64,000 nt of DNA, taken from NCBI GenBank assembly GCA_052426225.1, contig JBNJNM010000011.1, forward strand, positions 1,674,001 to 1,738,000, written 5' to 3'. The position numbers and the translations under genes were made by a program. How positions within the stretch are numbered: the stretch's first letter is position 1; every line of letters starts with the position of its first letter. Below the pieces are notes generated by a model. It had not been told where the DNA came from. It made no database searches and saw nothing but the letters and a program-made list of their open reading frames with translations. The stretch comes from Zancudomyces culisetae HAW-14-8 (lineage: Eukaryota; Fungi; Kickxellomycota). Positions 44,901-57,260 of the stretch are shown piece after piece.

Positions 44901-45230
44901 AACAAAATCTACATCATTCTCCTCCTTATCAGTATCCTCTACATTTATAAATGTTTATTCATGTTTACAACCTCTCCCTTTCCTTTTTGCAAATAAAAAA
45001 TATTTTTAATGCAATTAGATATGTACTAACTGTTATATACCTTTTTCATCAGTCATTAATTCCTCACTTTCGCTATATTCAGACCCTGTTTCGCTCTCTT
45101 CCAATCCCTCGTCGCTACTATAGGTCTGACCTCCAGCTACGCTGATGCTGTCTGAATCTGTATCGAATTCCTTTTTCAGTGAAGTTTCGATTCCTTCTTT
45201 TGTTCCATTTTCCTTTGTGTGTTTAACCAT
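41934..45230 (-). CDS. TBC-domain Rab GTPase-activating protein (EVI5/Gyp5-like) with coiled-coil tail, 2 exons (45230-45041, 44938-41934)
   Basis: Motifs IRSGIPEKIRGVVWQ, IQRDLSRTFP (Arg finger), YDAEVGYCQGLGF (Gln finger), MYAASWFLSLF. An in-phase GT-AG intron links the upstream ATG exon. Confidence 0.9.
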
Positions 45231-47175
45231 TATCTTCTACTAGCCTTTTTTAGTGCTTTTATAAACAGTATTATTCAGAATTGTACTCTTTTCAGTTATC
45301 ACGTTGGTCCAATTTACAGTAATGTTGATTTACCCGTACAATATATAGTCCCATCAATCAAAAATATATAAATAGATATATACAAATGTATTGTTTTTAG
45401 TACCTAATTTTGATTTATGTTACAAAACCCTAAACCCAATTGCAAATATTTTAATGTACTTCTACTTGAATAGTCCAGGTATCATTCCTATCCTTGTTTT
45501 TGAATCATGTACTATTTACAAATACGATAGCAGTTTGGTTTTGATGAATGGTATAATATATATTTTAGAGTTGGTAAACCGTATTATTAATTCAAGCTAA
45601 TTTCATAATTTTTTTGATTCTATCAACTTTATGCCCATTTAGCAGCAATGCCTATTAATATTAATATTATTAATTTTTTCATTACTAAATAAATGTTTAA
45701 ATGTTTTTCTAAATTTAGGCCAGGATTAGTTTGAGATAATCTAAAAGTAACAGAGCTTTCAAAAAAAAAATCCACAAACTGGATAAGTGGAATCCGATAA
45801 ACAGGTTGTTAAAAACTTTTATTGTATTCTCCTGTCCTCTCCCTCCTCCTTCTCCTCTCTCCCACACTCTCCTTCGAGACAAACAAATGTCTATTTTTCT
45901 GTTTTTATGGTTCGAGCCTAAATTTCAGCGCTTCAAGGCAGCAAAAAAGCAAAAAAAAAGGCAACACTTTGGTTATACGGTGCACTAAATTTCCCCTCTT
46001 CCTTTCTATGTCTTTGTTTAACTGGTGTTTCTTACATACTATTTGCCAATGGCTTGCCGTGTTTCGGATGTATGGGTGGTAGCTTTCGACTATATTTACA
46101 AACAAACCAGTCCTCCCTTCCCCTTTGGTTTTGCTGAATTCACTTTAATCTTATTCGTGGTTTATTTTGTAATCTGTTTCTAAGGATCCATTCAAATGCT
46201 AGCTTGTTTGAAAACTTTAAAGCATTTGTTAGCTAATTGGCATAAATAATTGGGGGTCCTTTATTCTTTTTCTATTGTGTGACCAGATTTTTGCAAGCTA
46301 GTTTGAAAAATTCACTACGGAATATTGCATTCAAGTTAATTGCAAGCCTTTTGGTGCAATAAAATAGCATTAGCAAATATTCGCACAAAAAAAGAAAGGA
46401 GGTACACAACATGCATCAGTTTGATAAGGTAACGATGGTGAATCTGTTGTTAATACTACATAGCAAAGTAAGGAGAACGCAAAACGGTTACCCAATACTA
46501 CACATCATCGGTGAAGACCTACATAAAAAGCGTCAAAAATTTTTGACCACAACCATGAGACTCTTTCAATTTGTAGAAGTATACGCTGAAAACCGCTGCA
46601 CCCTTACCAACATGTCGTACATTACCTGTAACAATATGCACTTTGTTAGCTGTTTACCATGACCTACCTTCTGTATATACAATATCAAGTCTGCTTCAGC
46701 ATTTTTTTGTTTTTGCCGGTTGAAGATTAAATGGCAGAGCGAGGTTTATTTACAGATTATTGCGTATTTATTTACCGTAATATGTTTTAGTTTTCAGTTT
46801 CTTTCTTCATTAGCTTAACAGTCCTCTGCCCTCTCCCCCCCCCCCCCAAAGGGACACATTAGATAAATTAGGGTGTAATTTGATGTATAGCTTTACCACG
46901 GGATGTAAAATACCAAGATGCTCCGCATAAAAGTTAAACACAACGTACTAGTTACCCAAGTATTTAACGTAATACGTACTTTGAATGCCCATTCTGAGTA
47001 TTCGTATACTCAGAGCTCCGATAATCCAAGTATAAAATCTGTGTACGGGCATATCTTAACCAAAACTGTAAAACTCGATAAATAGCTTCGTGTTTCGCTA
47101 AATATTGGCAGCTACAGACACCAAGAATACCTGATTTTCAGATTATTTTATCTTTATTTTCCCACTACACGTCTG

Positions 47176-48228
47176 ATGAACCTCATGTATTACCTACAAT
47201 ATCTAAAATACCCATTTTTTCCCGCTCTGATCATTCTGATGAGTTGTATCCCATGGTATGCCACATACTGTGAAGCCCGGAAAACCCCCAGAGGTATGAA
47301 CACAACAAGAGCTATGGTTAAAAGGATCAAAAATGGCGATGTGGCGGACATCAGTAAACTTCCATTTATGGTAGGTTTATATACTTCTTTGAAAGCAGAA
47401 GGTGGTATAGAAACCTTTGGTGTGTGTGGAGGATCAATAATATCTGAAAAACACATTTTAACGGCAGCACACTGTTTCAAAAAAAAGTCAGGCATGGTGG
47501 TCGAACCCAGCCAAGTAAAGGTGCTCCTTGGTAGCAATATCTTTCTTGAATGCAAAAAATTTGCGATCACAAATATAATTCCTCACGAAAAGTATGACTA
47601 TATGTTAGAAAACGATAGTCGCAATTTTGGCTATGATTTGGCAATAGTAGAGATCGATAACAAAGAGTATCGGAACATGATATCCAAGAAAATCAATATA
47701 ATGGCGGGAGATCCCAATTATTCAGAACCACTGGAGATAGCCGGATGGGGTGCAGTAAGAAGAACATCTGATAGTACTGGTACCTCCAAGAGAGTCTTAA
47801 CAAAGGGTACAGTTCAGTTAAAACACATAAAAGATATTTCCAGCGAGCAGGGCTTTGTTACTACGAAAAGTGACAGTGACTTTGAAAATGAATATTTGAG
47901 TGGAAATAAAGCAGAGTTGGGTGACTCGGGAGGTCCTCTCTATGCTTCCAATGATGGATTTTTGCTTGTAGGCATAACAGTTGGATATACAACGTATCTA
48001 TCTTCGAAAACACACCCAAGCGATACGGAGAAAAATATTGATGTTGCCTCGTATGTTTCCATGAAAAAGCATATTAAGTGGATTACAAAAAAAACAGGCT
48101 TATCAGAGAATTATCTCTATAAAGGACCGACTGGTGTGGGTTCTCCAACTAAACCTAACTGTGACAGCCATTTAGGAATTGGATATACCTTGGCTTATAT
48201 AGTATGTTTTATAGGCTTTCTAAGGTGA
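47176..48228 (+). CDS. Secreted chymotrypsin-fold (S1) serine protease with hydrophobic C-terminus (GPI/TM-like)
   Basis: Hydrophobic N-terminus, activation site KR|IKNG, CGGSII, LTAAHC, YDLA, AGWG, GDSGGPL. C-terminal LGIGYTLAYIVCFIGFLR. Confidence 0.88.
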   Translation: MNLMYYLQYLKYPFFPALIILMSCIPWYATYCEARKTPRGMNTTRAMVKRIKNGDVADISKLPFMVGLYTSLKAEGGIETFGVCGGSIISEKHILTAAHCFKKKSGMVVEPSQVKVLLGSNIFLECKKFAITNIIPHEKYDYMLENDSRNFGYDLAIVEIDNKEYRNMISKKINIMAGDPNYSEPLEIAGWGAVRRTSDSTGTSKRVLTKGTVQLKHIKDISSEQGFVTTKSDSDFENEYLSGNKAELGDSGGPLYASNDGFLLVGITVGYTTYLSSKTHPSDTEKNIDVASYVSMKKHIKWITKKTGLSENYLYKGPTGVGSPTKPNCDSHLGIGYTLAYIVCFIGFLR

Positions 48229-48558
48229 TTTTCTGACATGCTGATGTCCAACAAACACACAGATCCTCTTTTCTAGTGTATTTTGTCGCTTTTTTATATA
48301 AATAAATAAATATAAACACAGATAATAAGCTTGGCAAGGGAGAATACTGTCATCGGAAAACTGAATGACAGACAACGCTATGTGTAACTTGTTGACTAAG
48401 ATGGCATCCATCCCAAGTCTTGGTATCAGCAATAGTGATTCGTATTTGAGCTAAAAAAATCGAAGACGTTTTAAAAGTACAAATCCTAAAAAAAAAACCA
48501 AACTTATCATCGGCTCATAAACTCCAAACGCAACAGAGAATGTAGGCGTATGTATGGA

Positions 48559-50181
48559 TTATAAAGACGGGCTGCTATTTTTCAGGGTTTCCATTTTTTT
48601 GAAGGCATCAGCAACTCGGATTTTCTGCTGTTTTAACAACATCTTTCGTTTTTCACTCAGTGGAAGCCGGTGCATTCTTTTCAATTCTGTCTATATATTT
48701 TTTAATTTCGAGCTGCTTGTAAAGCCACGTAAAAGCAAAGTACATAATATTAGTATGAAAACGAAAAAAATAAAGAAAGCCAAATACCTCTCTACGCAGT
48801 TCTTCAAGCTCGCTTAGTTGCTGCTGCCGTGTGTCTTCATCAAGTGAAAGCTTATAATACCCGATGCCTCTCGTTCTTGAATCTATTCGATACGAATCAT
48901 GTGGATATGCTTTGTCTTAGACTTAGTTAAACACCAAAGAGTCTTTTGTAGTAATTAGTCTATAAATACTATCCTCTTTCTTACAGTAGCTCCAAACTAA
49001 GCAAAGAAACAATTAGCAAATTGTAATGAAATATTAAATAGATAATTAAGCATTACTTACCATCAAGGGAGTAATGGGAATTTACTGCGTTAACTTCGTT
49101 CATGGCGCGCTCTTCCCACCTTCTTCGTTCCTCTTCAACAGCCATATCCCCCGAAAAAAGCTCAGGTATTCCTTTGTCATTGGTATTTTGATCTTGTATA
49201 TATCTATGAGTGCATTGTTTTTTTTCCATTAAAAATTTGTCGGACAAAATCCATAGTTCGCAGCAAATGAAGAAATTACCTAGGAATTTGACTTTTTTTA
49301 ACCACCCTAGTTCTTCCAAATTCATCAATAAACTCTACCCATGGATCATCCTATTTATATACATATATATACATTTTTTTTTTGCAAAAGGTAAGAAATA
49401 AATACAATACTACCTATAAAAGTGCAGAACTTTTGAAGGAACCAACAATACTCTAGCCTTCAATATTATCCAAAAATCTTTTTTGCAGTTCTTTTTATGA
49501 AACACATACCTCATTTTCTGGAGTCTTTCCATTCCCTCTACTTTCTTTGTTGGATAATTTTGAATACACAGTTCGATCACCGTCTAATACATTTTGGACA
49601 GCTTTTCTTTCAAAATCGATCGAACTCTCATTTAGGATTTTTGACACTTCATGATCGTGGTCATTTATTAATATCTCACTACTTTGAAGTCGCTCGTAGA
49701 TTTTTGCTTTTCGTAGTAGTGCCGCTCTACTTTTTTCAGCTTCGGATCTATTCTTGGATTCAGTTTCGACATCTTTTAGGTCCTTATTTATTCTCTCTGA
49801 AATTCCCTTGTTTTTCTTGAATTCCTCTTTTCGTTTCTAAAGAACACAAGTTACATCATTATCACATGAAAATGCAAATATCCTTGAGTAATGATTTCTA
49901 ACAGAAAGTAGAAACATTAGAATCGTGATAAATGTTATACACCCACCTTTGCCTTATTGGTACTATTCAAGATTTCCCTATATCCTAGTTCCTTGTGTCT
50001 CTTTTTCGCATTTTCGAGCTCGAGTCGTAGATCCAAGCTCTATTTACCAATTAATCTGTTGTTAAAAGGATAAAAATAAACTGAAAAACACAGTTGTAAA
50101 AAGCAAACGCGTGTTATAATACATCCAGCTACAAGTGCATTAACTTACCACCGATGCCCCTATAGCAACTTTTTTAGGCAT
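48559..50181 (-). CDS. CCDC174/DUF4078-like nuclear protein, about 7 exons (50181-50149, 50039-49947, 49836-49510, 49350-49280, 49203-49061, 48915-48788, 48690-48559)
   Basis: Hand-spliced frame: MPKKVAIGASVSLDLRLELE, KNKGISER, SRAALLRKAKIYERL, WVEFIDEFGRTRVV, EEERRRWEE, RTRGIGYYKLSLDEDTRQQQLSELEELR. These blocks resemble CCDC174 as recalled, and intron phases are consistent. Confidence 0.75.
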
Positions 50182-50473
50182 TCGAGTACCAACTTTGTGA
50201 TTTTGAATTAATACATGCCAAATGCTGGCGCAAAATAAAAGTATCAAGTACTCAGCTCGCGTTGGCTTTTAGTGCAAATTTTGAGCTCGAGACCACCTGA
50301 TTTGTACCTGCTTGGATCATGTTCTAAATTTTACGTAATTTACTACGTTCTCACTCATAATATTGAAAAAAAAAATTTTTTTTTCAAATTAACGCAAAAC
50401 TGAATGCTCTTTAAAAAGAAAGGTGAAATAGATCAACTTCAAAGTACTAGGGCCTCAACAAACATAAATAAGA
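50182..50473. promoter_or_regulatory. Short bidirectional promoter between the CCDC174-like gene and NSA2, with an RRPE-like palindrome TTG-A10-T9-CAA (50363-50387)
   Basis: Head-to-head ATGs are 292 bp apart. The motif resembles the ribosome-biogenesis element TGAAAAATTTT. Confidence 0.5.
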
Positions 50474-51681
50474 ATGGTAAGCAAATCAAGTTATCCTAAC
50501 GTATATCAAACCACCGGAAGAAGAAATTATTCTTACTAATATCGAAACATATATATATTTAGCCACAAAACGAATACATTGAAGAATCGATCAAGAAGCA
50601 CGGAAGGAGGCTCGATCATGAGGAGAGAAAGTAAGTTACCTTGTGTTTGAGATATATTTCTTTTTTAATATCCGTTGTTTCTAGAATGGATAAAGGGTAG
50701 TTGGATACTATACCTATATATTTGCGTCATAATCTGAGGAAAAAAAATATTTAAAAAGCGTATTTCCAATTTAATAGACGGAAAAGAGAGGCGCGTGAGG
50801 TCCACAGAAGCGCAGCGTTTGCGCAAAAGGTGCATGGACTGAAGGCCAAGATGTATAATAAGCAGAGGAGAACAGAAAAGATTCAAATGAAGAAAACGTA
50901 AGTTGATGCTATACTACCCACATTCACCGATGATTTTAGACTGTATCTAGCACGGAATGAGCCAGAGTATAAAAAAAATGAATATATCCAAATAGAATCA
51001 AAATGCATGAGGAGAAAGATGTCAAACAAAAGACAAATACTGTGCCAGAGGGTGCTGTACCAGCATATCTTTTGGACCGTGAAGGCGAAAAGAGAGCCAA
51101 AGTTCTTAGCAACATGATCAAACAGAAGCGAAAGGAGAAGGCAGGAAAATGGGATGTTCCACTTCCTAAAGTTAGGGGAATTTCTGAGGAGGAGACATTT
51201 AAGGTTATAAAAACCGGAAAAAGAAAAAGTAAGCACTTTTTTGATATACCAGTCTAGCTGATTGTGTCGTTCTTTAGTATGTATATGAACAGTGTTAACT
51301 AGTATATGTGTAAATTTAATAATAGCAAAATCATGGAAGCGTATGGTTACAAAGGCGACATTTGTTGGTGAGGGATTCACAAGAAAACCACCAAAATACG
51401 AGCGATTCATTCGACCAATGGCACTTCGATACAAGAACGCAAATGTCACTCACCCCGAGCTTAAGGCCACATTCCAACTTCCTATCATTGGAGTCAAGAA
51501 AAACCCACAAAGCCCAATGTACACACAGCTTGGAGTTCTTACGAAGGGTACTGTCATTGAAGTCAATGTGAGCGAGCTAGGACTAGTAACTACTGGTGGT
51601 AAAGTTGTGTGGGGCAAATATGCCCAGATCACAAACAACCCCGAAAATGATGGTTGTATAAATGCTGTCCTTTTAGTTTAA
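50474..51681 (+). CDS. NSA2: Ribosome biogenesis protein Nsa2, 5 coding exons (50474-50476, 50563-50630, 50778-50897, 50996-51228, 51326-51681)
   Basis: Motifs [80 protein letters not shown]. The first coding exon is only the ATG. Confidence 0.96.
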
Positions 51682-51990
51682 TCCGCAGTCTTTGTCCTGC
51701 AGTTTTGTTTTGGTTTACTCTCCGCTCTGAACACAAGTATGAGTAGCTACTGTTTTTTTTACATATAATATCTTTTTCTTCATCAAATCGCTTATCCACT
51801 ACTAGATACATAACACCAGTTTATTAAACTATGATTAAGCAATTTTTTTTTAAAAAAAAAAACTTGTATAAATAAAGCAAGATTTTCTCGAAACTGGTGG
51901 AAATGAAACTGTGTCCAAAAGTAACTCAAAAGATCCGTTAAAATTGTCTATATTTATGTGTAAATCTTTTTTTTTGTCTCCAAAGATGTG

Positions 51991-53513
51991 CTAGTAGCCT
52001 AGTTCTTTCCTAGCCCTGTCTATGTCCTCGTTTAGACCGGTGAACTTCCCAGGATCATCACTAAGTTTGACGCAGCCAAACCCTCCGCACTCTACAAGTT
52101 TTATCACAATCTTTGTAGGCTCGCTTACAATATTGGAATCGGAGGCACGAGTGAAATCGTTTGTTAAAAATGTTCCAATTCCAAATGCACATTTTACGTT
52201 TTTTGATTCACAGTATTTTTTTAGGGAAATGGCTTTATCGGTATCTAGTCCGTCAGAAAATACTATGGTTTTGGTGCTGGGATCTATTTTCATTCCCGAA
52301 TAATGTGCTATTGCGGTATCCACAAATTTATATGGATCTCCAGAATCATGCCTTAGCCCGTTGTATTTGCTACTTAATTCATCATTAAAGTTTGTAAAAA
52401 ACGCGTGTATCCCAAATGTATCCGTTAGTGCTATTCCCAAATTTCCTCTAAATGTCTGGTACCATTTTTCCAGTGCCAAACTGTTTCCCTTTTCAAATGT
52501 CTTCTCAAGTGCTGCAATGCCCATAGTCCATTCGTGACCCACCGTCCCACTAACCGGTATTCCATATTTTTTTCCAAGATATACATTTGATGTTCCTGCG
52601 AACCTCCCTTCAACTTGGTTTTGCTCAATTGAAAACATGTTTGCTCCGCTTTCCTTTGACATCTCTGTTTTTTTACCCCTATGCGATATCTTTGCCAATT
52701 CCTCTACTACCATATCTTGTGTCTCATAGCTTCTTCGTCTTCGAGTTCCAAACTCAGAAAAGATACAGCCGCTTTTTATCAGCTCTAGGGCCTTTTCTCG
52801 TATTTTTTCGCGTTGTCCATCCATGTTCCAGTCAGTATCGACAAACCGGTAGAAGGCTTCAGATATTATTGATAGTATTGGCACCTCGTAAAGTATAATC
52901 TCGCTCCAAACTCCATTTATCTCTAGCTTTATTGAACCCAGATCCTTATCTGAAATTTCACCAGGGCTGCTTTTCTCTCTAACAAATTCAGCTATTACTT
53001 GGTCCTTTGGATAAAATCTAAATTCACAGAGATATTCTAGATAATCCTTTTTAAGGTATGGACAGTGTGTGCTGAGGAAGGCATGTTCATCAGGTTGTAG
53101 CTTCAGCTCCTTCATTTCTATAAGATATATTATACAAGATAAATTGTGTATCGAAGGTTATAGCTGATATACGAGTACCTTCAAAGCTGTCACCTCAACA
53201 AATTTCACAAAAAGATTCCACGCTCATCAAAAAGTCGTTATTTAACATACAGACATGTTTGTATGAAGATATAATAAAAACGAATCACATTTAAACCGGA
53301 TGTACATATTAGCTTAGAGTTTTGCGCTTGGGGTTTGGACGACTTACCATTTATTCTTTCCACAATCCATTTAAAGGCTAAATAAGTAAATTTTTGGCTA
53401 CTATCGCGATTTATAAATGCGTACTTTGCTGATACATGTGCATAGTGTTCTCGAACAGCGAACTGCATGCAAAGTTTGTATAAATCTTGATCTAATATTG
53501 ATTTAACCCCCAT
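51991..53513 (-). CDS. NPT1: Nicotinate phosphoribosyltransferase, 2 exons (53513-53348, 53117-51991)
   Basis: Motifs SILDQDLYKLCMQ, ILYEVPIL, SEFGTRRRRS, GTSNV, GTVGHEW, ALTDTFG, RHDSGDP, FGIGTFLTND, KLSDDPGK. Confidence 0.95.
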
Positions 53514-53865
53514 TTTCTGTGTTAATTTCAGTTTCTTACGCAATTGAAGCTGGTTTGGATAAGAATAAATCTAGATATATTTTCTAACAATATTTCAAAA
53601 TAAGGAAATTCCCTCTCCCGTTACCAGCCTTGCCAAAACCCTTTTTTTTCATGAGCAATAGCTGTTAAATCCCGTACTTTTTATTGGTGGAAATCAGAAC
53701 ACTTTGATCCATACTGATTTAAGAGCTGTTAAAAATAAGCAGGCCTAATGGAACAATTTTTCAAAAATCCATTTAACGTTCTATTACTCAAACCTAAAAA
53801 AACGAGCAATCTTAGCAGCAACATCTCAATTCGATATACGTTCTCAATAGAAACGCTGCTTTATA
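53514..53865. promoter_or_regulatory. Bidirectional promoter region NPT1/ASNSD1
   Basis: Divergent ATGs are 352 bp apart. Confidence 0.5.
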
Positions 53866-56778
53866 ATGTGTGGAATTCAACTATTTCTAGATATTAACCC
53901 TAGTGAGAGCAACTTGGAATATGGGTTGATAAAGGATAAAATAAAGCAGGCGAATCATAAAAGAGGTTTAGTATATTGATTAATTCATATATATCAGCTC
54001 ATTTAATAGAGATAATAAATAAGATTTGGTTTTTACCTATAGTTTTTTATATTTACTTAATCTGTTGATACTAGGACCCGATTTAAACGACTCGATGCGC
54101 AAAACCATCAAGCTCAACGATAATTTCAGTATCGATTTGGAATTCGCTGCAAACGTCTTATGTTTAAGGGGGGAACCAACGCGACAACCGTTTATCTGTG
54201 AAGAAACTGGAGATATACTATGTTGGAATGGTGAGATATTTGGAGGGCTTGAAGTAAGTGTTCATGGTGTGCACTGTTCAATCATTTTATTGATTTAACC
54301 ACACTTTTTTTTCATACAAGCACGATACTGTAGTACTAATTGAAACTAAGTACCGCAGAATTATGGACGACTACCAAGCGAGTACGGTGATATTATATCT
54401 AAATTATTAATCGGAATTCAAACTAGCTTTTATTTTAAAATAACTAAAGGTATCAAACGAACAGAACGATGGGCGTTGTCTATTTGATAAAATACGATCA
54501 GAATCTGACAATGGCAAAGGACTATTAGACATAATAAAAGAGATAAGAGGCCCATATGCATTCATTTACTACAATGTAAACTCCTTGACTACCTATACTT
54601 TATCAGAAAAATTATGATAGCAGCAACAAATTTACAACCAGCCAACATAAATAGGAAGATGAGAAGAGCGTATATTTTGGAAGGGACTGTTTAGGAAGAA
54701 GGTCTTTAATGATTCATGTGTCGGAGGACCAAACCAAAGTTATTTTGTCATCAACGGGCTTTGAGGGAAATAGCTCCGTGTTTTGGAAAGAGTTGGACGC
54801 GCCTCGCATCTATTGCTTAAAACTATCTGCGCTTTTGGATGATGTAAGGGCTGTACGGTATATTTTGAAAAACTTTTAAAATGCAATTCCGACTAATACT
54901 AACTCTTCTTGTCATCGGAATAGCACGATACTGTATACTCTAGAATAGAATGTATCAGCTGGGTTTATCCTGAAAATATTGATTGCAATGAAAAAAAGAT
55001 GGTAAGCTGCTTGTGGTAAGCACAATAATGCTATCAACTCATTACTAGTCAATACTATGCTATTTTAATCGCTTACAGGATATGCTTTACTTTAGTTTCT
55101 TAATGGAAAAAATAGATACTACCATTTCGAAGGGTCAGTACGATAGAAATAAACGGCGAACCAGAACAGGATTACGAAAACATCCGAGACATAGAAGAGT
55201 ATGTTACCTCCAGCGAAATGAAGAGTTATATAGACAAGCTACATACATGCCTAAGCAATGCAGTGAGAGTAAGAACGGAAACTAGTCTGCATTCTGGGTA
55301 AGTATACTCTAAGAATTCTTCACTGAATTGAATGTATTTAATACTACACTGCTTACAATTGTGGTTTTGGAATTAGATTCGGTGTTTTGTTTTCTGGTGG
55401 GCTGGATTGCACCGTTTTGGCAGCAATGATGGATAGCTTTCTTCCAAAGCACGAGCCTATAGAGCTCCTTAATGTTGCATTTGCCAATCCTCGAATATTA
55501 GACCTTAACCATGGCAAAGGAGTTTCAAAAAAACCATCATCGAAAGGTATGTTTTCTTGTTATATCCACTTGATATAATTCTAATGTGTTATTTTGTTAT
55601 TTTGGTCAGGATTTGCAATTAATGCTGTATTTAAATATCCACTGAATCTATATTGATACCGTTCATAATAGCGAGTAAACCAAATCAGCAAGAGACGTAT
55701 AATGTACCCGATAGAAAAACTGGGTTTGTAGGATTACATGAGCTAAGGAGCAAATTTCCGGATCGCGAGTGGCGCTGGGTTCAAATAGATGTGCCATACG
55801 ATGAAGTTTTGACTCATAGAAAAACCATCATTGATCTGTTGGGACCAAATTATACAGTGATGGATTTGGTAACAAAACATATCATTTTTTTGTACCATAA
55901 TACCAGCTCCAGTTGGACTAAACTTGGTGACTACCGCTAAACGAGCGCTATTTTCAACTGTTTTGTTTATTCACCTATTTTTATTATATAGAGTATAGCC
56001 ATGGCGTTGTGGTTTGCCGCTAGAGGTGAGGGTGTGATGGAAAACGGGACTGAGGTAAGCCTTAAACAACTTGTGTATACTGACTGTTATGAATTAATTG
56101 GGATTTAAACGTATCATTAGAAAGTTGAAAACTACAAAGCAAAAGCAAAAGTATTGATACTTGGAATGGGTGCGGACGAACAGTTTGGGGGTTATTCGAG
56201 ACACAGAGAAAGTTATAAGCAGGGCGGGTTATCCACTCTTGTTAAAGAGGTTTGTATATTTGATAACCTTTTCTACATAAAAAAAGTGATTGGCTGACTG
56301 CCAACACAAACAACAGGGGCAGTACCCCATCTTGTTTTCTTGCAAGTACCACTGGAATCCAATGAAAGAGTTTGTTTAATTTAATAGATCAAGTTTGATG
56401 TAGAAAGGATATCTTCGAGAAATTTAGGTAAGATTACCTCCTAGATATAAATTCGCAGTAATAAGATTAACATATTCTTTTCATATCACACTTAATTACC
56501 AACAAGGCCGAGATGACAGGATTATCTCTAGCCATGGTCGTGAAGCTAGGTTTCCATATTTGGACGAAAATGTTGTGGATTTTGTTTCGTCAATACCAAT
56601 TGAGTACAAAATGGACATGAGGTTACCTAGAGGTATAGGTGAGAAACTTTTGTTGCGCTTACTGGCACGCAATCTCGGGTTAACAAATACATCCACACAG
56701 CCTAAAAGGGCCATTCAGTTTGGAGCAAGGACAGCCAAAATGGAAACCGGCCGAGACAAGGGAAATGATTCGCTTTGA
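53866..56778 (+). CDS. ASNSD1: Asparagine synthetase domain-containing protein 1 (ASNSD1/YML096W-like), about 12 exons
   Basis: Motifs MCGI (Ntn Cys2), [102 protein letters not shown]. Confidence 0.92.
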
Positions 56779-57260
56779 TAGTTATAAATCATATTATTCT
56801 AGTTATGTGCATGTGCTCAACATTTATTATTCAATAGTGTTTTTACAGCGATATTTTGGAAGTAGTAATGAATTTAAAGCAGCTAATACACCCATATCAG
56901 TTTTTTACACACTGAATCTATTTCTTGGAGGGGGAGGAAGAAGATAAAAGACACTGGAATAAAATTAACTAGTGATTCAAATTTTTTCGTTGAAGAGTTG
57001 ATGAATAGAAACAGAGTTACCGGTTGTATATTATTTAATAACAACACAAACTACTTTGTAAAATTTAAAAATTACACTGAAAGATACTAAAATTGGTGAT
57101 AATGTTTTCAAGACTATCTTGTCACCCAAAAGATCCCTCCCTTCCCCCCTCCCACTAAACTCTTTTTACATGCCTATCGTACAAGTACAATGCATGTAGC
57201 TAGTATATTTTAGTCGAAATAACGCCTTTGTAATCAAATCCAGATTTACAGCATATCCAG

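Noticed and set aside
53118-53347. Intronic snoRNA in the NPT1 intron (TGATGA box and a GAAGGT/ACCTTC hairpin); NSA2 introns also inspected
   Set aside because: No matching downstream CTGA D box with terminal stem, and no clear H/ACA two-hairpin layout. It cannot be supported without a covariance-model search.
53640-53865. ASDURF-like upstream ORF before ASNSD1, as in animals
   Set aside because: Only very short ATG-initiated frames (under 12 codons) are present, with no prefoldin-like sequence.
2843-56506. U12-type (minor) introns
   Set aside because: No RTATCCTT donors or AT-AC termini were found among the introns placed.
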